A stretch of DNA of 34,899 bases from an uncultured Actinomycetota bacterium (GTDB taxonomy: Bacteria > Actinomycetota > Nitriliruptoria > Nitriliruptorales > JAHWKO01), in the NCBI GenBank assembly GCA_964483845.1, contig CAZADJ010000001.1, positions 1-34,899 of the forward strand. The letters run 5' to 3'. Each line of letters starts with the position of its first letter. Positions within the stretch are counted from its first letter, which is position 1. Of this stretch, positions 18,676 to 27,243 are shown piece by piece. The position numbers and the translations under genes were made by a program. The notes under the pieces were generated by a model. The model saw nothing but the letters and a program-made list of their open reading frames with translations, did no database searches and was not told the DNA's origin.

Positions 18676-19266
18676 CTACCCGGTCTGGCGCACGCTCGCG
18701 ATGAACGGGAGGTTGCGGAAGCGCTCCGCGTGGTCGAGGCCGTACCCGACGACGAAGACGTCGGGGATCTCGAAACCGCAGTAGCGGATCGGGACGTCGA
18801 CCTTCTCCGCCCCCGGCTTGGCCAGCAAGGTGAGGATCTCGAGGCTGGCGGGGTCCCGGGAGCGGAGGTTGCGGAGCAGGTAGCTCAGCGTCAGCCCGGA
18901 GTCCACGATGTCCTCGACGAGCACGACGTGGCGGCCCTCGATGTCGACGTCGAGATCCTTCAGGATGCGCACCACGCCCGAGGTGCGCGTCGCCGATCCG
19001 TAGGACGAGACCGCCATGAAATCGACCGAGACCGGGATCGTGAGGAGCCGGGCGAGGTCCGCGATCAGCACGAACGCGCCCTTCAGCACGCCGACGAGCA
19101 GCACCTCGCGGCCCGCGTAGTCACTATCGAGCTGCGCGGCGAGCTCGGCGAGCCGCTCCCGGATGGACTCCTCGCTGATCACGACCGCGTCGAGCTCGTC
19201 GGTCAGCTCCGACGGCAGGTCGAGCCCGGTCCGAGCGAGCGCGTCGGCGAGGGCCTCCGGGGTCAT
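18676..19266 (-). CDS. hpt: Hypoxanthine-guanine phosphoribosyltransferase
   Basis: PRPP-binding motif VVLVEDIVDSGLTL. The C-terminus YVVGYGLDHAERFRNLPFI is typical of Hpt. ATG at 19266. 196 aa. Confidence 0.95.
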   Translation of the reverse strand: MTPEALADALARTGLDLPSELTDELDAVVISEESIRERLAELAAQLDSDYAGREVLLVGVLKGAFVLIADLARLLTIPVSVDFMAVSSYGSATRTSGVVRILKDLDVDIEGRHVVLVEDIVDSGLTLSYLLRNLRSRDPASLEILTLLAKPGAEKVDVPIRYCGFEIPDVFVVGYGLDHAERFRNLPFIASVRQTG

Positions 19267-19310
19267 CGGAGGCCCGTCACCGGCGGCGCGCTCGGGCGGC
19301 TCACGGCGCG

Positions 19311-19316
19311 ATCATA
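19311..19316 (-). promoter_or_regulatory. Candidate -10 hexamer (TATGAT) upstream of hpt
   Basis: TATGAT lies in the 88-nt tilS-hpt gap, ~45 nt before the hpt ATG. No clear -35. Motif only. Confidence 0.25.
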
Positions 19317-19354
19317 GGCGGCCGGGGACCGGTGCCGCGCGGTACGTCGTGTGC

Positions 19355-20833
19355 TCACGGACCGGCGGAGCGGACGTGGAGCCGGACGGCCGGACGCTCA
19401 CGACCGGCGCGCGCAGCCTCCGCGTCGACCGCGACGCCGGGGATCCACAGCACGGACCCACTCCGCTCGACGACCGGCAGGAGGTCGCGCACGGCCCGGG
19501 GGATGCCGGCGTCCACGAGGACGTCCTGGAGCTTGCGCGTCCCGACCGCCGCGGTGATCCGGTCACCCTCCCGCCGGGCTCGCACGGTCAGCCCCCTGAG
19601 GGCCCCCGGACCGAGGACCACCGTGCCGAGCCCGGCGTCGCCTCCCGGCGGGACGACCACGCCGGGCGCCGGCGGTCGCGGCGGTGACCACCGCAGGCCG
19701 AGGGGCATCCGCAGCTGGCCGTCGTGGTCCTCCGCGGCCGTGGTGGCGACGACCTCGAGCCCGGCCGCCGGCCACGGGGTCGTGCCCGGGATCGCGACCG
19801 CCGCGGGCTCCGGGCGTTCGAGCCCGTGCGGCGCGGCCGCGAGCCACCCCCCGCCACGGGTCACCCTCGATCCGGGGACGTCGACCGCCGTGCCCGGATC
19901 GAGCTCCAGGACCGCCTGGACGTGGGCGGCCTCGACCGGGAGGGGGTCGCCGCTGACGGCCGCGAGCAGGTGCCGCACGAGGCGACGTGCCCGCGCCGGG
20001 TCCGCCTCGTGAACCGCCCGATCGGGGAGGCACTCCACCGGACCGTACCGGCGCCGTCGCTGCGCGTAGGCGGCCGCCGCCTCGAGCGCCAGCGCGCGGG
20101 CATCGTCGCGTGCGAGGTCCGCGAGACGACCCAGCGCGCCGACCGGATCGGGGCTGACCTCGCCGAACGCCGGGAGCAGCTCGTGACGGGTGCGGACCCG
20201 GGTGAAGGCACGGTCACGGTTCATCGGGTCCTCGACGGCCGCCAGGCCCTCACCGGCGATGAAGCCACGCACGTCGGCGCGCCGGACCCGGAGCAGCGGC
20301 CGGACGAGGACGACGTCGCGTTCCCCCGCGTCCGCGTCGCCGACGTCGGGACGCGTCGCCGTCATCGCACCGAGGCCGTCCACCCCGGTGCCGCGCGCGA
20401 TGCGCAGGAGCACCGTCTCCGCCTGGTCGTCGGCCGTGTGCCCCAGCAGCACCCAGGCCGCACCGACGTCGGACGCGATCCGTCGCAGCCCCCGGTACCG
20501 GGCGTCGCGGGCCGCCGCCTCTACCCCGTCGCCCGATCCGGCGACCTCGACCGCGCGGACCTCGAGCGGCAGCCCCAGGGCCGCGGCGTGGGCTTCGACG
20601 AGTCGCACGTCGGCCTCGTCGTCGCGGAGACCGTGGCGGACGTGCGCCAGGTGGAGGACGAGGTCGGGCCGGGCCTCGGCGACGAGGTGCGCGAGGGCGG
20701 TCGAGTCCGGTCCACCCGAGATCGCGACGAGCGCGCTCACACCGTGCGGGAGCGCCGTCAGCACGCGCCCGACCTCCGCGACGATCGTGTCGCGGTCGAG
20801 CCCGCCGGGGAGCGGGCCGGGCGGGACCGTCAC
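19355..20833 (-). CDS. tilS: tRNA(Ile)-lysidine synthase
   Basis: PP-loop SGGPDS, plus HTADDQAETVLLR. The C-terminal TilS domain is present (GDRI...GTRKLQDVLVDAGIP...LWIPGV). GTG 20833 forms a GTGA overlap with the upstream stop. 492 aa. Confidence 0.92.
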   Translation of the reverse strand: MTVPPGPLPGGLDRDTIVAEVGRVLTALPHGVSALVAISGGPDSTALAHLVAEARPDLVLHLAHVRHGLRDDEADVRLVEAHAAALGLPLEVRAVEVAGSGDGVEAAARDARYRGLRRIASDVGAAWVLLGHTADDQAETVLLRIARGTGVDGLGAMTATRPDVGDADAGERDVVLVRPLLRVRRADVRGFIAGEGLAAVEDPMNRDRAFTRVRTRHELLPAFGEVSPDPVGALGRLADLARDDARALALEAAAAYAQRRRRYGPVECLPDRAVHEADPARARRLVRHLLAAVSGDPLPVEAAHVQAVLELDPGTAVDVPGSRVTRGGGWLAAAPHGLERPEPAAVAIPGTTPWPAAGLEVVATTAAEDHDGQLRMPLGLRWSPPRPPAPGVVVPPGGDAGLGTVVLGPGALRGLTVRARREGDRITAAVGTRKLQDVLVDAGIPRAVRDLLPVVERSGSVLWIPGVAVDAEAARAGRERPAVRLHVRSAGP

Positions 20834-21792
20834 CGGTCGACGCCGACGCGGTCGAGCCAGCGGGGCGGGTCGGCGATCTCGTCGAGCGTCGGCAGCGTCT
20901 CCGGACCGGCGAAGGCGCGGTTCAGGCCGTCGACCCCGGCGGCGTCGACCACCTCGCGCACGAACGCCTCGCCCTTCTGGTACTGCCGGCGCTTCATCTC
21001 GATCCCGGCGACCGCTCCGAGCACCCGGCTCTTCCAGTCGCTGCGGCTCCGCTCGAGCGCGTCACGCACGGTGGCCGGGTCGGAGACGAGGCCGTCGGCG
21101 GCGGCGTACATCACCGCGGTGCCGTGCCCTTCGAGCAGGGTCATCAGGGCCTGGGCCTCGTCGACGATCTCGCGTTGCTCGTCGGTGAGCACGATCGTCA
21201 TGAGCGGCGTGACGTCGCGGTCCTCGCGCAGCGCACGGACCGCGTCGGGCAGCCGGCCGATCGCGGCGAGGACCGCGCTCGGGTCGACCCGGGACGCCTC
21301 CAGGTAGCGCACCAGGATCCCGCGCAGGTGGTCGCCGAGCCACGGCACCGCGTCGAACTGGAGGCGGTGGGTGAGCTCGTGGAGGAGGACGGTGCGGCGC
21401 ACGTCGGTGGCGAGCGGCCCGTAGCGCTCGGACAGCTCGAGCACGTTCGGGCCGACGATCACGAGCTGGGCCTGGCCGGGACCGCCGAGGGGGAGGACGA
21501 ACTGACCCAGCACCTTGGTGGAGAGCAGACCGAACAGCCCCCCGAGCTGGACCGACAGCGCCGGCCTGGCCAGGCGGCGCTCGCCGAGCCGGTCCTCGAT
21601 CGGGGCGAGCGCTCCCCGCAGGCCGACGAGGTTGGCGGCGACCCACCCGTCGCGGCTGACGACCCGGATCCGGGTGGCCGGGAGGTCGGCCCCGAGCCCC
21701 GTCCACGCCCGGGCGGCGGTGTCGATGGCCGCGATGTCCTCGGCGACCGCCGCGCGGAGCGCGGCCGCCTCCGATGCGGCCGTCCGGCGCAC
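20830..21792 (-). CDS. Zinc-dependent metalloprotease, DUF2342 / Rv3626c-like family
   Basis: HExxH motif (LLHELTHRLQF). The position upstream of tilS-hpt matches other actinobacteria. GTG 21792 is the first canonical start, but coding-like sequence continues upstream to ~21879 (see findings), so the real 5' end may lie further upstream. Confidence 0.85.
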   Translation of the reverse strand: MRRTAASEAAALRAAVAEDIAAIDTAARAWTGLGADLPATRIRVVSRDGWVAANLVGLRGALAPIEDRLGERRLARPALSVQLGGLFGLLSTKVLGQFVLPLGGPGQAQLVIVGPNVLELSERYGPLATDVRRTVLLHELTHRLQFDAVPWLGDHLRGILVRYLEASRVDPSAVLAAIGRLPDAVRALREDRDVTPLMTIVLTDEQREIVDEAQALMTLLEGHGTAVMYAAADGLVSDPATVRDALERSRSDWKSRVLGAVAGIEMKRRQYQKGEAFVREVVDAAGVDGLNRAFAGPETLPTLDEIADPPRWLDRVGVDR

Positions 21793-21952
21793 CGGAGTGA
21801 CGAGACGGGCGGTCGACCGGGCCAGTGGCTCGTCGATGAGCCCGGCGTCCGGGTCGGCGGCGGTGTCCGTGGCGCTCAGGGTCTCGGCCGTTCCTCGGGT
21901 GGGTCTGCGGTCAGCTCGACGGCGGGACGCTCCGGGACCGTCCGGGCGGCGA

Positions 21953-22279
21953 TCAGCCCTCCGAGCGCTCCCGCTCCGGACGACGCACCAGGAACCAGTA
22001 CCCGGCGCCGGTGCCGATGATGGCGAGCACCGCGACCGCGCTCAACAGGATCCCCATGCCGTACGTCCAGGGGACCTCGTACTCGGACGGGCCGAACGGG
22101 CTGTCCTCGCCGAGCTGTGGCTCGGGTCCCGGCAGGGGGGCGTCCTCGTCCGCCTCCCCCTCGACCGCGAGGACGACGGCGTCCGTCGGCTCGGCCCCGG
22201 CCACGCCGGACGGCACGAGGACGGCCGGCACCAGGAGGAGCACCGCGAGCAGCAGCCCGGGGAGACTCGTGCGCAGCAT
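21953..22279 (-). CDS. Small secreted/type-I membrane protein (signal peptide, acidic Pro-rich linker, C-terminal TM anchor)
   Basis: MLRTSLPGLLLAVLLLVPAVLVPSGVAGA|EP... reads as a signal peptide. The C-terminal TM is GMGILLSAVAVLAIIGTGAGYWFLV, followed by RRPERE. High GC3. ATG at 22279. No recognised family. Confidence 0.65.
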   Translation of the reverse strand: MLRTSLPGLLLAVLLLVPAVLVPSGVAGAEPTDAVVLAVEGEADEDAPLPGPEPQLGEDSPFGPSEYEVPWTYGMGILLSAVAVLAIIGTGAGYWFLVRRPERERSEG

Positions 22280-22456
22280 CGGCCTCAGCCCTTCCCTCGG
22301 CGCCGTGACCCCGCTGGAGACGCGCCGGAGCCCCCGTCCGGGAGCTCTCGACCCGGGGAGGGGCTCGGACCGGCTCGGCAGCCGTCGGGGCAGCGTCGCG
22401 TGACGGTCGCGCGGCCACGCGCCGCCGCGTGACCGGTCACCGAGGTTACCAGCGCG

Positions 22457-23314
22457 TCACGGGAGGGAGCTGCTCGACCCGGACCCGTCCCGGTCGTCGT
22501 CTCCGCCGGGCAGGACCCCGCCGCCCCCGTCGTCCTCGAGCTCCTCGTCGCCGTCCGCCTCGTCGGACCCGTCGGGCTCGTCGGCCCCGCTGGACCCCTC
22601 CGACTCGTCCGCTTCCGGCGGTGGGGCCTCGCTCTCCCCGTCCAGGTCGACATCCTCGCGCGGAGCGGCGTCGATGATCCGTTCGAGGAGGTTGTCCGGG
22701 ACGTCGACGATGTCGTCGAGCTGGTCGCCGGTCGCCACGAGCCCACCCAGCCCGAAGCGGTGATCACCTCCGTCGAACGACCCGCTGTCGGGATCGGTCC
22801 GGTCCGTCGCCTGCGGGTCGGAGGGTCCGACCCCGCGGTCGGCCACGGAGGGCCCGCGCGGCGGGGCCGGGCTGGCGGTGCGCTCCGCCCCACGCCGGTC
22901 CTCGATGCGCCGGTCGGACGGCGTGATCTCGGCGTGACCGAACCTGACCCGATCGGACGTGACCGACGGTGTCTGCGACTCGCTCCCCAGGATCTCCAAC
23001 GACGGTGCATCGAACGCCACGAGAGCCGCCGCCAACCAGACGAGCGCCGCCATCGCCGCGCGCAGCGCGACCGCACGTCGGTCGGGACCGGGCGCGGTCG
23101 CCGGTGCCGGTCCGGCGACCGCCTCCTCCGCTGCCCGCTCGACCGCCGCGTTCGCGACGACCGTCTCCAGGCGTGCGCGCACCGCGCGCAGGCGCGCATG
23201 TGGCCGGTCGAGCATCCGCCGCGCTGCATCGGGGTGGCCGTCCTCCACGAGCAGGCTCGCCAGGAGCAGGTCGTCGCGGATCTCGTCGTCGAGGTCGTGG
23301 ATCTCGTCGTCCAT
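22457..23314 (-). CDS. Hypothetical single-pass membrane protein with a long acidic, disordered C-terminal region
   Basis: ORF 22457..23413. It has a helical N-terminal part, a TM segment (AVALRAAMAALVWLAAALVAF), then an Asp/Glu/Gly/Ser-rich tail. High GC3 begins at ATG 23314 (MDDEIHDLDDE...). Eleven of the 32 codons after ATG 23413 end in A/T, so I prefer 23314, with 23413 as the alternative. Confidence 0.6.
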   Translation of the reverse strand: MDDEIHDLDDEIRDDLLLASLLVEDGHPDAARRMLDRPHARLRAVRARLETVVANAAVERAAEEAVAGPAPATAPGPDRRAVALRAAMAALVWLAAALVAFDAPSLEILGSESQTPSVTSDRVRFGHAEITPSDRRIEDRRGAERTASPAPPRGPSVADRGVGPSDPQATDRTDPDSGSFDGGDHRFGLGGLVATGDQLDDIVDVPDNLLERIIDAAPREDVDLDGESEAPPPEADESEGSSGADEPDGSDEADGDEELEDDGGGGVLPGGDDDRDGSGSSSSLP

Positions 23315-23485
23315 CGCCTCGAGGAGCCCCGCGACGGCACGGTCGGACGGTGGGCGTCGAGCCCCGTTCCGGCGCCGATCCGGAGCCGGTCGTCGCTCCC
23401 GAGGAGGTGCCATCTCCGCCGATCCCGATCGTCTGCGCAGGCGGTCCCAGCTGCAGCCGCCCCTCTCATGTACGGGGCTTCGACG

Positions 23486-24265
23486 TCAGCGGTCCGCATT
23501 CCTCCCCGCAGCGCGGTCACCCGGAGGGACGAACACGTAGTTGCGCTCATCGGGCTCGATCCGCTGGACCGGTCGCAGCCCGTCCGCGCCGAAGCGGTTC
23601 GGCTGCCAGCCGCGGTCGGCCAGCCAACCGAGCACCTCGTCGGCCCGGTGCCCGTACCCGGCGGTGTGCCGCTCCTCCACCTCGCAGACGATGACCGGTC
23701 GGAACCGGCCGAGCGTGGCCTCGCCCCCGCGAAGCACGGCGAGTTCCGCGCCCTCGACGTCGATCTTCACGAGGTCGAGCCGCTCGAGACCGACCCGGTC
23801 GACGAACCGGTCCAGCGCCTCGATGCGCACGATCCGGCGTGTCGCTCCGCCCCCGTACTCGTGGCCGTCGTCGACGCGGCCGACCAGCAGGTGGCTGCGG
23901 CCGGGGACCGGGAGGCCGAACCGCCGGCGGGGGGTCGCCAGCACCCCCGTCCCGGGCCGCTCACCGAGGGCCAGCGCGTGGACGCGGATCCTCCCGCCGC
24001 CGGCCACCCGGGCGGCGGCGCGGAGCACCGCGCGGGACCGGGGCCGGGGCTCGACCGCGTCGACCGTGCCGGCGGCCCCGACGAGTCGGGCCAGGAGCAC
24101 GCTGTAGGTGCCGTAGCTCGCCCCGATGTCGATGCAGGCGCCACCTCGCGGCACGAGCGCCCGGACGGCGAGCATCTCCTTCTCGAGGAACGGCGCCGCC
24201 CGGACCGCCCGCAGCGCCCAGGGGTCGGGGGCCGACGTCCCCCGCCCCGGCCGTTCGTCACCCAC
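23486..24265 (-). CDS. FkbM-family SAM-dependent methyltransferase
   Basis: ORF 23486..24559. SAM motif I reads ACIDIGASYGTYS. A typical FkbM C-terminal block is present (LDLVKIDVEGAELAVLRGG...RPVIVCEV). Start set to GTG 24265, with a G-rich SD ~8 nt upstream. The upstream ORF part overlaps the DUF2203 gene and is Arg-rich. Confidence 0.82.
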   Translation of the reverse strand: MGDERPGRGTSAPDPWALRAVRAAPFLEKEMLAVRALVPRGGACIDIGASYGTYSVLLARLVGAAGTVDAVEPRPRSRAVLRAAARVAGGGRIRVHALALGERPGTGVLATPRRRFGLPVPGRSHLLVGRVDDGHEYGGGATRRIVRIEALDRFVDRVGLERLDLVKIDVEGAELAVLRGGEATLGRFRPVIVCEVEERHTAGYGHRADEVLGWLADRGWQPNRFGADGLRPVQRIEPDERNYVFVPPGDRAAGRNADR

Positions 24266-24293
24266 CTCGCGCCCCCCTGCGTCGGGACGACCG

Positions 24294-24677
24294 TCAGATC
24301 TCGTCGGCCACGGCGACGGGGGTGCGGCCGAGGTAGCCGGTCTCCGGCGGGTGGAAGAAGGCGATCTCCTCCTCCCCCTCCCGCCAGCACAGCAGCACGT
24401 CCCGGCGCTCGCCGTCGATGGTCGCGGTGGCCGGGAAGTCGAGCAGCGCCGGGGCGATCCCCTTGACCTGCACCCCACGCTCCCGGAACCAGCCCATCCG
24501 CTCGTCGATGCGCGCCTCGAGGGCCTTGGCCTCCGGGACCGATCCCGCCGGCGCGTCACCGGCCTGGATGGCCGCCGAGCGCTGCTGCAGGTCGGAGGTC
24601 ATCGCCGCGATCTGCCCGATGCGCCGTCGTGCCTCGGGCAGCAGCTCCGACGCCGCCGCGAGGCTGAACCTACGCAC
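24294..24677 (-). CDS. DUF2203-family protein
   Basis: The 127-aa product RFSLAAASELLPEARRRI...PEAKALEARIDERMGWFRERGVQVKGIAPALLDFPA...VLLCWREGEEEIAFFH matches my recollection of the DUF2203 pattern. GTG 24677 has GGGAGG 6 nt upstream. Confidence 0.75.
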   Translation of the reverse strand: MRRFSLAAASELLPEARRRIGQIAAMTSDLQQRSAAIQAGDAPAGSVPEAKALEARIDERMGWFRERGVQVKGIAPALLDFPATATIDGERRDVLLCWREGEEEIAFFHPPETGYLGRTPVAVADEI

Positions 24678-24713
24678 CGGCGGCCTCCCGCTCGAGCGCG
24701 TCGCCGAAGGCGC

Positions 24714-25757
24714 TCATCCGTCGAGTGCGGCGGCGAGCTCGACCGCCGCGTCCTCCACGCGACCGGCGAGCTCCGCCCTGTCCTCGTCGTCGAGCCAGGT
24801 CGCCTCGACACCGTCCAACGCGATCGCCACCATCTCGTCCCAGTCGTAGTCGAAGGCCTCCCTGACCGACGCGTACTCCTCGGTGAGGTCGAGGTCGGTG
24901 AGGGCCGGGTCGTCGGTGTTCAGCGTCGCGAGCAGCCCGGCCTCGCGCATCCGCGGGTAGGGGTGCTCGGCGAGCTCCGGGAAGGCGTTGGCGATGCGGA
25001 TGTTGGAGTTGGGGCAGACCGTGAGCGGGATGCGCTCGTCGGCGAACCGTGCGGTGAGCTCGTCGTCGTCGAGGAGCGACAGCCCGTGGTCGATGCGCTC
25101 GCAGCCGAGCACGTCGACGCCCGCCTGGATCGTCGTCGGCGGGGTGACCTCGCCCTGGTGGGAGGTGCGACGCAGTCCGGCCGCACCGGCGATGGTGAAG
25201 GCCTCGACGAAGTCGGTCGGGTCCACGCCGAGCTCGGTCGAGTCCATGCCGACGCCGATGACGCGCTCGGTCCCCGGCGCCCCGTCGCGTCGCAGCTCCA
25301 CGAGCCGCTCGACCATCTCGCGACCGGCCTGCGGGCCGTACGCGCGGTCGACGTCGGCGATGAGCATCGCCCGGACGCCGGTCTCCTCCTCGGCCGCCTC
25401 CAGCCCCTCGGCGAGCCCCGCGACGATGTCGGCCAGGTCCTGACCCGCGTCGAGGTGCCGGGCCGGGGTGAAGAACGTCTCGCGGTACACGAGCCCGTGC
25501 TCGGCCCCGTCGACGATGCTCTCGTGTGCGAGTCGGGCCCAGTCGCCGCGGTCGCCGAGCACCGACTGCACCAGCCAGAACACCTCGAGGAAGGAGTCCA
25601 GGCTGGTGTAGCTGTAGAGCTCGGTCGGGTCGCGGCTGGGCAGCTCGACGTCGTTCTTGTCGGCGAGCTCCACCACGGTCTCGGGGCGCATGGTCCCCTC
25701 GACGTGGCAGTGCAGCTCGACCTTCGGGAGACGGTTCAGGGCGGTACGGATGTCCAT
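24714..25757 (-). CDS. add: Adenosine-deaminase-family purine deaminase (adenosine or adenine deaminase)
   Basis: ORF 24714..25838. MDIRTALNRLPKVELHCHVEGT contains the HxH metal site. Also present are SHQGE, IDHG and TLNTDDP. ATG at 25757. 347 aa. Confidence 0.92.
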   Translation of the reverse strand: MDIRTALNRLPKVELHCHVEGTMRPETVVELADKNDVELPSRDPTELYSYTSLDSFLEVFWLVQSVLGDRGDWARLAHESIVDGAEHGLVYRETFFTPARHLDAGQDLADIVAGLAEGLEAAEEETGVRAMLIADVDRAYGPQAGREMVERLVELRRDGAPGTERVIGVGMDSTELGVDPTDFVEAFTIAGAAGLRRTSHQGEVTPPTTIQAGVDVLGCERIDHGLSLLDDDELTARFADERIPLTVCPNSNIRIANAFPELAEHPYPRMREAGLLATLNTDDPALTDLDLTEEYASVREAFDYDWDEMVAIALDGVEATWLDDEDRAELAGRVEDAAVELAAALDG

Positions 25758-25778
25758 CACTCGACCATCACTCGACCA
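25754..25778. repeat. 11-nt tandem duplication (catcactcgac x 2.3) spanning the permease stop and add start
   Basis: 25755-25765 and 25766-25776 are identical. The minus strand reads GTCGAGTGATG GTCGAGTGATG. The first copy supplies the permease TGA (25768-25770). The second supplies the add ATG (25755-25757). Confidence 0.9.
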
Positions 25779-27138
25779 GCCAGATGAAGTAGATCGCGAA
25801 GACCACGAACAGCCCGTACATGACGGGGTGGACGTCACGGTAGCGGCCCTTGAAGACGAACATGAGCGGGTAGAGGAACAGCCCGAGCGCGATCCCGTTC
25901 GCGATGCTGTAGGTGAGCGGCATCGCGACCACGGTGACGAACGCGGGCACGGCGTACTCCATCTGCTCCCAGCGGATGTCGCCGAGCGCGCGCACCATGA
26001 GCACCCCGACGATCACCAGTGCCGGCGCCGTGACGTGCGGGGTGATCACCGCGAGCAGCGGGGAGAAGAAGAGCGCGAGGAGGAACAGCCCGGCCGTCAC
26101 GACCGACGTGAGCCCGGTCCGGCCACCGGCCGCGATGCCGGCGGTCGACTCGATGTACGAGGTGGTGGTGGACGTCCCGAGCGTCGCACCGGCCATGGTC
26201 GCGATCGCGTCGGAGGACAGCGCCTGTCCGGCCCGGGGGAGGTCGCCCTCCTCGTCGAGCAGCCCGGCCTGCTCCGCGACCGCGATGATCGTCCCGGCGG
26301 TGTCGAAGAAGTCGACGAACAGCATGGTGAACACGACGATGATCATCTGTGAGGTGAACAGGTCGGGGAAGGCGGCGAACGCCTCGCCGAAGGTCGGGGC
26401 GAGGCTCGGGATCCCGGACACGATCGCCGAGGGCGGCTCGATCAGTCCCGTCAGGACGCCGGCGAGCGCGGTGACGACGATGCCGTAGAACACCGCCGCC
26501 CTGAGCCCGCGCACGAGCAGGGCGGCGGTCACGACGATCCCGAAGATCGCCAGCAACGTCGTGCCGACGGTGAGGTCCCCGAGCGCGACGAGCACCCCGT
26601 CACCCGGGACGACGATGTCGGCGTTCACGAGTCCGATCAGGGCGATGAACACGCCGATGCCCGCGCCGATCGCGAGCTTCATCTGCATCGGGATCGCGTT
26701 GATGACGATCGCCCGCAGCCCGGTGACCGTCAGCAGGAAGAAGAGGACCCCGGAGGCCAGCGTGCCGGCGAGGGCGACCTCCCAGTCGATGCCCATGCCG
26801 AGCACGACGGTGAACGCGAAGAAGGCGTTCAGCCCCATGCCGGGGGCCTGCGCGATCGGGTACCGGGCCCAGAGCCCCATGACCAACGTGCCGATCGCCG
26901 CCGCCAGCGCGGTCGCGACGAACACGGCGTTGGCGTCCATCCCGGCGCCCTCCGGACCGAGGATGGACGGGTTCACGAACAGGATGTAGGCCATCGCGAG
27001 GAAGGTGGTGAGGCCCGCCACCGCCTCGATGCGCACGGTGGTGCCGTGCTCGGTCAACCCGAAGTAGCGATCGAGCGCGGGGCGCTGCTCGGACGGCTCC
27101 CGCTCGTCAGCGACCGTGGCGGTGCCCTCTTCTGCCAT
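25768..27138 (-). CDS. NCS2/AzgA-family purine (adenine/guanine/hypoxanthine) permease
   Basis: ORF 25768..27246. Polytopic membrane protein with typical AzgA-like blocks (FLAMAYILFVNP, APGMGLNAFF, TTSYIESTAGI). ATG 27138 is preceded by GGGAGAGG. Confidence 0.92.
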   Translation of the reverse strand: MAEEGTATVADEREPSEQRPALDRYFGLTEHGTTVRIEAVAGLTTFLAMAYILFVNPSILGPEGAGMDANAVFVATALAAAIGTLVMGLWARYPIAQAPGMGLNAFFAFTVVLGMGIDWEVALAGTLASGVLFFLLTVTGLRAIVINAIPMQMKLAIGAGIGVFIALIGLVNADIVVPGDGVLVALGDLTVGTTLLAIFGIVVTAALLVRGLRAAVFYGIVVTALAGVLTGLIEPPSAIVSGIPSLAPTFGEAFAAFPDLFTSQMIIVVFTMLFVDFFDTAGTIIAVAEQAGLLDEEGDLPRAGQALSSDAIATMAGATLGTSTTTSYIESTAGIAAGGRTGLTSVVTAGLFLLALFFSPLLAVITPHVTAPALVIVGVLMVRALGDIRWEQMEYAVPAFVTVVAMPLTYSIANGIALGLFLYPLMFVFKGRYRDVHPVMYGLFVVFAIYFIWLVE

Positions 27139-27212
27139 GTGACCTCTCCCGGATCCAGCTGTGCGCGCGCGTGGAGGTCCGGGTCCCCGTCCCCGACCGC
27201 CCAGACGCGGGC

Positions 27213-27243
27213 ACGATAGACGCCGGGCGGTGACCGGCGTCAA
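27213..27243 (-). promoter_or_regulatory. Weak candidate promoter for the purine permease
   Basis: Minus strand reads TTGACG-(19 nt)-TATCGT. The spacer is longer than optimal. Motif only. Confidence 0.2.

Noticed and set aside
15737-18784. 1015-aa plus-strand ORF
   Set aside because: It is antisense to folE and ftsH and runs through the intergenic hairpin repeats. It has no recognisable domains and is a high-GC shadow ORF.
22285-23550. 421-aa minus-strand ORF in an alternative frame
   Set aside because: It gives Arg/Ser/Thr/Trp-rich nonsense and overlaps the frame with the high-GC3 acidic membrane protein.
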